Shown piece after piece: positions 35,447 to 40,859 of a stretch of DNA of 40,859 nucleotides; positions within the stretch are counted from its first letter, which is position 1, and each line of letters begins with the position of its first letter. The stretch lies in assembly GCA_964575575.1 (NCBI GenBank), contig CAZNQQ010000001.1, positions 1 through 40,859 on the forward strand, given 5' to 3'. A program made the translations under genes and the position numbers. Under the pieces are notes generated by a model. That model was not told the origin of the DNA. It saw nothing but the letters and a program-made list of their open reading frames with translations, and ran no database searches. This DNA comes from an uncultured Candidatus Saccharibacteria bacterium. Its GTDB lineage: Bacteria > Patescibacteriota > Minisyncoccia > Phycocordibacterales > UBA2163.

Positions 35447-36139
35447 TTAGTAAAGTTTCCTTGGATCCGCCCATGCATAAACCTTACTTCCATCTATGCG
35501 ACTGTAGTCATAACCTGTTATAACATGTTTCTTGCCTACATGGTTAACTAAGTCATACTGACTTACCTTTCCTTCATTAACTCTCTTTAAAGTATAAGCG
35601 AGTCTTTCAATAAGTCTTTTTTCTCTTCCGTTCTTTGCTTCTTTCTTTAATCTCTCTATTGCTAGATACTTTTGTTCTTGATTATCCATCTCATATTCAT
35701 TGGCTTCAAGAGCTCTACTAGCAAGAAGATTCTGAATATATACAATCTTTTCATTTAACCCAGAGCTATACGAGGAAGAGTGTGTACTAGACATTTCTTT
35801 TGATACTGGAGTACCAGAATCAGTACTTGTACTCGCATCAGATATTTCTTCTGATACAGGAGTGCCAATATTCCCAGCTTCTTTGATCAGCGCTCCTAGA
35901 ATCTTCCCCAACATCTCACTAGCATCCTCTGGGTTTGTAGAACCTGAAGGAGCTATGGCACCTATGCTAACCGCTTTTAGTGGATTTGAATCTGGTAATG
36001 TATCATTACCTGAAAAAGGTTTATAATACATTGCAGCCGTTATCAAACTAACCATAAATATTACCAAGATAATACCTATTGCCTTTCTACTAAACTTTTT
36101 CTTTACGATTGTAATAAATTCTTCTAGTAGTTTTTTCAT
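35447..36139 (-). CDS. Hypothetical membrane-anchored protein (N-terminal TM, Ser/Thr-rich linker, conserved C-terminal domain)
   Basis: 230 aa. MKKLLEEFITIVKKKFSRKAIGIILVIFMVSLITAAMYY anchor. C-terminus ..RLAYTLKRVNEGKVSQYDLVNHVGKKHVITGYDYSRIDGSKVYAWADPRKLY. Confidence 0.55.
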   Translation of the reverse strand: MKKLLEEFITIVKKKFSRKAIGIILVIFMVSLITAAMYYKPFSGNDTLPDSNPLKAVSIGAIAPSGSTNPEDASEMLGKILGALIKEAGNIGTPVSEEISDASTSTDSGTPVSKEMSSTHSSSYSSGLNEKIVYIQNLLASRALEANEYEMDNQEQKYLAIERLKKEAKNGREKRLIERLAYTLKRVNEGKVSQYDLVNHVGKKHVITGYDYSRIDGSKVYAWADPRKLY

Positions 36140-36343
36140 CTTAATCCCTCCTGAATAAATGTTGTATTGAGAAAAAATCCTGTTTTATTTTTATTGTTTT
36201 GTATTGTGCTTTTGAGCTATAGCACAGCTCATATTTCTTACGATATTATAGCAAATAATATACATTTGTCAAGCATTGTATTGACACTGTGTATTTAGTG
36301 TGTATAATACCGTCAGAAATAAAATATAGTTTAGTATATAAAT

Positions 36344-36366
36344 TTATAGCCATAATTTACGGCTAT
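36344..36366. promoter_or_regulatory. Inverted repeat tatagcc-N9-ggctata upstream of the secreted-protein gene
   Basis: 7-bp arms with a 9-nt spacer; a candidate operator. Confidence 0.2.
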
Positions 36367-36397
36367 ATAAAAGAACTTTGAAAAATCATACTTAATA

Positions 36398-36413
36398 CCC
36401 TATTTGTATAGGG
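36398..36413. promoter_or_regulatory. Perfect palindrome CCCTAT-ttgt-ATAGGG, 65 nt upstream of the 36480 start
   Basis: 16-mer with dyad symmetry typical of a dimeric transcription-factor site. Confidence 0.3.
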
Positions 36414-36479
36414 AGAAAGGAATTTTGGTAGTAAATTTGTAAAATAATATTTCTAATTGAAGTAAAAGGAGGATGTAAA

Positions 36480-37349
36480 ATGCGAAAGCTTGTATTTTCA
36501 TTAACACTGTTGTTAGTAATGTTTATTTTCACTTCTGTTTCATCGGCAGTTTTTGCCCAAGGAGCAAACCAGGGTTCGCAATCAAACGTACAAGGACCGA
36601 CAGATATGACAAAGATTGTTAAAGCTCTAATGGAAGCAGCTGGAATAACAACACCTGGAGAAATCTCTCACAATACTTTTATGGGTAGAGATGACCTTAA
36701 AGCTGTAGACTCAGGATTAAAAGACGTGGTATCATTAAACGATGCTCTAGACAAATACGGACAAATACTTGTAGATTTTCAAGGAGCTACTAAAGATTTT
36801 GCCAAAGTGTTGAACAAGCAAGGCACTCCTCTGAAGATCGAGATTGCAACAGGAGCGCGTGGCTTCTTAGACAGATGTTACATAATGCTTGAGAATGAAG
36901 TTCGTATACCGGCAGAAAATCTTGTTGGTAGTACAGATGTTGTACAAAGTCTTGTGGATGACAATCGTTATCTACAAGGTTGGTTGGCAGAACATGGTTT
37001 ACCAATAAAGATAGAGACTCTGTATGTTGAAGTTGATGGACTTTCCACACAACATATCAAAATATATGGAATGGGTGGAGAAGAACTCAACTTTAGACGT
37101 ATTGTTGTTACTGGAAATATGAACGGCAACAGACCAAACATTGCAAACACTGTTTATACAATAATACCACATATGGATGGTACAGTGACGCTGCTTGCTG
37201 CAATGGTAACCAATAGTCCACTGGCATCTGGTGGTAGATTTGAGACAAAGCTGGTGCCTATTTTGAGCAATGTAACACCGCAATATGCGGCAGATTGCCT
37301 TAACTTTCGTTTTGTAAGTCCACAAGATATCCAGGAACTTGGTTTGTAA
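36480..37349 (+). CDS. Hypothetical secreted protein (cleavable signal peptide)
   Basis: AAAGGAGG SD. MRKLVFSLTLLLVMFIFTSVSSAVFAQG signal. 289 aa; no definable catalytic motif. Confidence 0.6.
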   Translation: MRKLVFSLTLLLVMFIFTSVSSAVFAQGANQGSQSNVQGPTDMTKIVKALMEAAGITTPGEISHNTFMGRDDLKAVDSGLKDVVSLNDALDKYGQILVDFQGATKDFAKVLNKQGTPLKIEIATGARGFLDRCYIMLENEVRIPAENLVGSTDVVQSLVDDNRYLQGWLAEHGLPIKIETLYVEVDGLSTQHIKIYGMGGEELNFRRIVVTGNMNGNRPNIANTVYTIIPHMDGTVTLLAAMVTNSPLASGGRFETKLVPILSNVTPQYAADCLNFRFVSPQDIQELGL

Positions 37350-37396
37350 ACACAGTAGTGATAGTAATATAATTTATTAAATATGATTTCAAAATA

Positions 37397-37460
37397 AGAG
37401 CTTTAGCGTGATTGAGTTTAGATTTTTATCTAATCAATCAATCGCTAAGGCTCTTTTTAT
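37397..37460 (+). terminator. Rho-independent terminator of the secreted-protein gene
   Basis: agagctttagcg ... cgctaaggctct (11 of 12 bp paired) enclosing a structured loop, then TTTTTATTTG. Confidence 0.5.
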
Positions 37461-37470
37461 TTGCCTATTT

Positions 37471-37503
37471 TAGGCTTGACAAGCCTATTTTTACTGATAT
37501 AAT
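37471..37503 (+). promoter_or_regulatory. Consensus sigma-70 promoter TTGACA-N16-TATAAT for the SPFH operon, with the -35 embedded in a 17-bp palindrome TAGGCTTGACAAGCCTA
   Basis: -35 at 37476-37481 and -10 at 37498-37503. The perfect 7-bp-arm inverted repeat is centred on the -35. Confidence 0.55.
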
Positions 37504-37603
37504 GCCAGCATACATAGTTTTTGATGTATTTAAAATTTTAATTTAATTTACATTAATTTTGACAATTTAATAAACAAAATTCAAAAGAAAGAGAGGTGTA
37601 GAA

Positions 37604-38953
37604 ATGTATATTCTAAAATTCTTACAGGAGGTTGGACTTCACCAAGTCACAACTATCGTGTTGCTTTTAGGATTACTGGGATGGATTGTTTGGTATTTCT
37701 TTATACAAAAAAGATCGCCGACAGTTACATCAACTGAAACGCATTTGGTTGTATGGGAAAAAAGAGAATCTTTTTGGAAAAGGTTTTTTACTGAGACAAT
37801 TGGTGATGATATTGAAAAATGCTCGAAAAATGAACTGAAACAAATTTATGCTTTAAACAAAGCTAGATTTTGGATATCTATACCAATCGGATATGCCATT
37901 CTCTGGATATCTATATTCATGATCCTACCTTTTTTTGAGATGAGTAAAGAAAACACTAAGCAAATTTCATTATTGTCTATATTACTTCATTTTATTGTCA
38001 GTTGGCTCAATTTAATCGACACATCAGAACGCGGGTTTATAAAGATATTCGGAAAGCAATTGTTTAATGTAGGTCGTGGACCTAAGTTTGTTCCGTTTGG
38101 TTTTTGTAAATTGAAAAGATTCAAAAGAACAGTTTTTGAAATTGATATACCAACGACAGAAGCTAAGACATTTCGCTCCGAAAGAGGAAAAGCTGATACA
38201 ATACCACCAGAACTTCAAAACGATGGTTGGGAACATCCGATACGTGCAACATTTGCAGGTTATAGTGACGACAAAGATGTAGATGCAACGGCAAAAAGTA
38301 TTGTGGAAAAATTTAATCCATTTAAAGAAATTCTGACCATAGAAGTTCCTGGTTTTGTAATTGGCAACATAGAAGACCCTATACTATATAATAGTACTAT
38401 AGGCGATATGAAAGATCTACCAAAAGCAAGAAGGCAAATGATTAGCGTCTATACTAAGAGTGTTACTACACATTTACCTAAAATCACACTCGCTGAATTC
38501 TATGCAAATAGAGAAACGTATGACGACAAAATCAGGGCAGATATTGATGCGCTTACAGACAAATGGGGTATCAAGATATCGGTTGCAAATATCAAAGAAC
38601 CTAAGCAAAGCCACGAACTCAATACAGCAATACTTGAAATGTCAACAAAGAAAGCAAAGGCGCGAGCTGATGAGTTTGAAGGAAAAGGATTGGGTAAGAA
38701 AGAAGAAGAAATTCTTATAGGTAAAGCTAATGGTCTTAAATTTGCGGCTGATAAAACAAAACTGGATATATTGGATATTCTTACTTCAGAGACTGCAACA
38801 AATATAACAGAAAATGTTGGCAATCTTACAGCCGTCGGGAGCGAAGGTATATCTGACATTTTGAAAATCGTAGCAGCAGGCAAAAGTGTCTTACAAACCA
38901 CAGGAAAGAAAGGGTTGAGTAATAAAAAAGAGAAAGGAGCAGAAGACAAATGA
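37604..38953 (+). CDS. SPFH/band-7 (flotillin/YqiK-like) domain membrane protein
   Basis: N-terminal TM helices. SPFH core ERGFIKIFGKQLFNVGRGPKFVPFGF...IDIP and ...ADIDALTDKWGIKISVANIKEPK. Coiled-coil / EA-like tail KKAKARADEFEGKGLGKKEEEILIGKANGLKFAADK. Confidence 0.5.
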   Translation: MYILKFLQEVGLHQVTTIVLLLGLLGWIVWYFFIQKRSPTVTSTETHLVVWEKRESFWKRFFTETIGDDIEKCSKNELKQIYALNKARFWISIPIGYAILWISIFMILPFFEMSKENTKQISLLSILLHFIVSWLNLIDTSERGFIKIFGKQLFNVGRGPKFVPFGFCKLKRFKRTVFEIDIPTTEAKTFRSERGKADTIPPELQNDGWEHPIRATFAGYSDDKDVDATAKSIVEKFNPFKEILTIEVPGFVIGNIEDPILYNSTIGDMKDLPKARRQMISVYTKSVTTHLPKITLAEFYANRETYDDKIRADIDALTDKWGIKISVANIKEPKQSHELNTAILEMSTKKAKARADEFEGKGLGKKEEEILIGKANGLKFAADKTKLDILDILTSETATNITENVGNLTAVGSEGISDILKIVAAGKSVLQTTGKKGLSNKKEKGAEDK

Positions 38954-39777
38954 TTACAACTAGTCAGATAACATGGATTCTCTTTACAGGAATATTGCTT
39001 TTTATAGTAACAATGAAATACTTAGGAAGTAGGAAGAAAGAAACTGTAATGCCAATGCCCGACGGAACTAAGAATGATGGGAAAAAAGATGAACCTGTTA
39101 AAAAAGAAGTTGGGTGGTTTGAAAAGTATTTTGTAAGAAACGAAACTACACTAATACTTTTGGGGATCTACGCAGGTTTACAGATTACGATATTTAGTAT
39201 ATTTCCAAAACTATGGTCAACATACAGAGAAAGTAATATATTCGAAATATCAGAAATTGTTGTTTTTGCAACTCTTTGGCTTTATACCAAAGAGGGTTAC
39301 AAGAAGCTTGCTGTTGCAATTCTAGTATTACTCATAACACTAGGACTTCACTCAAATGGACCTGAGTTGAAAAAAATATTCAACAAACATAAAGGACCAC
39401 ACGGACATGGACACCATACCACAAGTGCAAAGCAAGGCAGAAAGAGTGTTGTCCAACAAAAAGAATTCGCTGTGTATGCATATCAAGATGAATGGGTAGT
39501 CTTCCGTATACCAGATGAGTATTATACATACTCACTTGATATGGTAAGAGACTCCGATTACAACAAGAGTGTTCCGGGAAATGCTACGAGACTTATATGG
39601 ATAGCGTTTGATGGAGATATTGCAAACGCACAACCTAGTGGCCAGTTATCAAGCGGGCAAATGGTTAGTCCTAACATAAAAAAGGATGTGCGTAATGTTT
39701 ACTTTTATTCACCAGATAAGCCTACTTATATGAAAATAATCTTAAGTAAAGGTAAAAAGCACGGTGGGTTTAGTTGA
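38950..39777 (+). CDS. Four-TM membrane protein with a His-rich segment and a C-terminal soluble domain, translationally coupled (ATGA overlap) to the SPFH gene; possible NfeD-like partner
   Basis: 275 aa. HKGPHGHGHHTT metal-binding-like stretch. Beta-rich C-terminus EFAVYAYQDEWVVFRIPDEYYTYSLD...RLIWIAFDGD. Confidence 0.55.
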   Translation: MITTSQITWILFTGILLFIVTMKYLGSRKKETVMPMPDGTKNDGKKDEPVKKEVGWFEKYFVRNETTLILLGIYAGLQITIFSIFPKLWSTYRESNIFEISEIVVFATLWLYTKEGYKKLAVAILVLLITLGLHSNGPELKKIFNKHKGPHGHGHHTTSAKQGRKSVVQQKEFAVYAYQDEWVVFRIPDEYYTYSLDMVRDSDYNKSVPGNATRLIWIAFDGDIANAQPSGQLSSGQMVSPNIKKDVRNVYFYSPDKPTYMKIILSKGKKHGGFS

Positions 39778-39812
39778 GTTTTGTTGTAAGAAGTATTACA
39801 AGGATTTTGGTT

Positions 39813-39861
39813 AGCTTACTGTTATTTTGAAAACAGTAAGCTACCCATGCCTTGTTTTTTT
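39813..39861 (+). terminator. Terminator hairpin 1 after the SPFH operon
   Basis: agcttactgtt-attttgaa-aacagtaagct, then a T-run ttgttttttt 10 nt downstream. Confidence 0.4.
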
Positions 39862-39876
39862 ATATTAAATTTTTAA

Positions 39877-39925
39877 CGAAACAAAACCATCATCATTGGG
39901 ATGGCGGTTTTGTTTCGATTTTGTG
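39877..39925 (+). terminator. Terminator hairpin 2 after the SPFH operon
   Basis: 12-bp stem cgaaacaaaacc ... ggttttgtttcg, followed by attttgtg. Confidence 0.5.
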
Positions 39926-39937
39926 ATAAGTTTAAGA

Positions 39938-40186
39938 CTAAATCGTACTAAGTGTATTACTTAATATATTCACAATAGCATATGCTCCAACCATTATAAA
40001 CATTCCGACGATACCCCATATCATATGTCTTTTACCGGCGCTTCTGACTTCTTCGTTATCAGAATTGATAATAAATTGAGCTAAACCCCACAAAAACACT
40101 ACAAGTGCTATCGCAAACAAGAGTCCTATAAGCGGGTTTAAAATCAAAACCTGAATGCTATCGATTAATCTATAAATCGAAGACAT
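39938..40186 (-). CDS. Pilin-like small two-TM protein, paralogue 1 (82 aa, no cleavable N-terminal signal apparent)
   Basis: LLFAIALVVFLWGLAQFIINSDNEEVRSAGKRHMIWGIVGMFIMVGAYAIVNIL carries the family core. Confidence 0.6.
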   Translation of the reverse strand: MSSIYRLIDSIQVLILNPLIGLLFAIALVVFLWGLAQFIINSDNEEVRSAGKRHMIWGIVGMFIMVGAYAIVNILSNTLSTI

Positions 40187-40192
40187 AATATC

Positions 40193-40534
40193 CTAGCGTG
40201 GAACAGACGGAATGTCTATTGTTGAGCCGTCATTTACTTCAAATGTATTAGCAAGAAGATTCACTAGCCCCCATACAGATACCATCACAAACAATGCGAT
40301 AATACCCCATATCATAACGCTCTTACCTTCGCTTTTCTTTTCTTCGTCTCCAGAGTTAAGGATATACTTTGCAAGTCCATAAAAGAAGAACAATAGAGCT
40401 AAAGCAACTATTATCGGAGTAGCAGTACCTATAAGATCCCCTATTTGATCTAATACAGAGTCCAGATCAGCAGCTAACGCTATAGCTGGAGTCATTGCAA
40501 TAATACCTATACCTAAAACAGTAAATTTTTTCAT
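40193..40534 (-). CDS. Pilin-like small protein, paralogue 2 (113 aa; signal peptide + 2 TM; T4SS pilin / VirB2-TrbC-like architecture)
   Basis: MKKFTVLGIGIIAMTPAIALAAD signal, then ..LLFFFYGLAKYILNSGDEEKKSEGKSVMIWGIIALFVMVSVWGLVNLLANTF. Confidence 0.6.
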   Translation of the reverse strand: MKKFTVLGIGIIAMTPAIALAADLDSVLDQIGDLIGTATPIIVALALLFFFYGLAKYILNSGDEEKKSEGKSVMIWGIIALFVMVSVWGLVNLLANTFEVNDGSTIDIPSVPR

Positions 40535-40640
40535 TTTTATATAAACAATAAGTGGTTAATAGACGACCAATAAATTTTAATTTATATAGACAGTATAATA
40601 CGTTCTTTATAAGCTTGTAAATAGCTAGAATGTGGATATT

Positions 40641-40859
40641 TTAAAAGAATGTATTAGCTAATATATTGACTATTTGCCATACAAAAAGCATTACAAATAG
40701 AGCAATAATACCCCACATCATATGACTCTTACCCTCTTGCCTCTTTTCTTCGTTGTTAGAATTAAGGATAATAAACTTCGCAACCCCCCAGAAAAAGAAC
40801 AAAAGAGCTAAAGCTACGACAAGTATAACGGCTTGATTTATCAGATTAATTCCAAAAAA
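40641..40859 (-). CDS. Pilin-like small protein, paralogue 3 (partial; the N-terminus lies beyond the window end)
   Basis: Manual minus-strand translation: ..VILVVALALLFFFWGVAKFIILNSNNEEKRQEGKSHMMWGIIALFVMLFVWQIVNILANTFF-stop (TAA at 40641-40643). Confidence 0.55.
   Translation of the reverse strand, partial: FFGINLINQAVILVVALALLFFFWGVAKFIILNSNNEEKRQEGKSHMMWGIIALFVMLFVWQIVNILANTFF

Overview
This is a low-GC (about 35 %) bacterial chromosomal segment. Gene content and style suggest a reduced-genome lineage, possibly Patescibacteria/CPR-like; this is an inference from a short IF-2, sparse Shine-Dalgarno usage, several likely leaderless mRNAs and tRNA-adjacent homing-endonuclease genes. No CRISPR array, rRNA or transposase/integrase gene was found.

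Core content:
- Minus-strand tRNA-Trp, the small membrane protein at 359..772 (first member of the pilin-like family below) and rpsP (S16 with an acidic tail).
- rnr, then a roughly 600-bp insertion-like segment bounded by a 29-bp direct repeat of the rnr 3' end, followed by a glycine-zipper lipoprotein gene.
- A hisS / DEDD-exonuclease / DsbA-like operon. hisS appears leaderless, and its -35 box physically overlaps the -35 of the divergent lipoprotein promoter.
- A UvrD-like helicase fused to a Cas4/RecB-like nuclease domain with a cysteine cluster, and an MsbA-like ABC transporter broken by a -1 frameshift in an A-homopolymer.
- An unusual contiguous minus-strand block rpoB-rpoC-dnaG-rpoD. 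rpoD carries a about 75-aa histone-H1-like lysine-rich N-terminal extension.
- A 520-bp AT-rich intergenic region upstream of rpoB with two perfect DnaA boxes.
- A mosaic tRNA-Tyr locus (see below), then clpB, an HtrA-like protein that lacks the catalytic His, a NifS/IscS gene, infB and rbfA.
- A free-standing LAGLIDADG endonuclease gene 2 nt upstream of a tRNA-Cys / tRNA-Leu(TAA) / tRNA-Lys cluster, with a convergent tRNA-Leu(TAG).

The tRNA-Tyr locus is the most structured oddity in the window. A GIY-YIG nuclease ORF sits between the intact tRNA-Tyr and a diverged duplicate of its 5' half. On the other side of the tRNA there are tandem copies of its 3' end, one of which forms a 127-nt tRNA-like hairpin element.

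The final 8.7 kb, downstream of the tRNA cluster, looks accessory. It contains lipoproteins, a large PKD-like / PD-repeat / peptidoglycan-binding surface protein, a secreted protein, an SPFH (flotillin-like) protein with a co-translated four-TM partner, and three tandem paralogues of a small signal-peptide two-TM protein family. A fourth member of that family sits next to rpsP. These resemble T4SS pilin (VirB2/TrbC)-like proteins.

Many promoters match TTGACA-N16/17-TATAAT closely, and most operons end in clear rho-independent hairpins.
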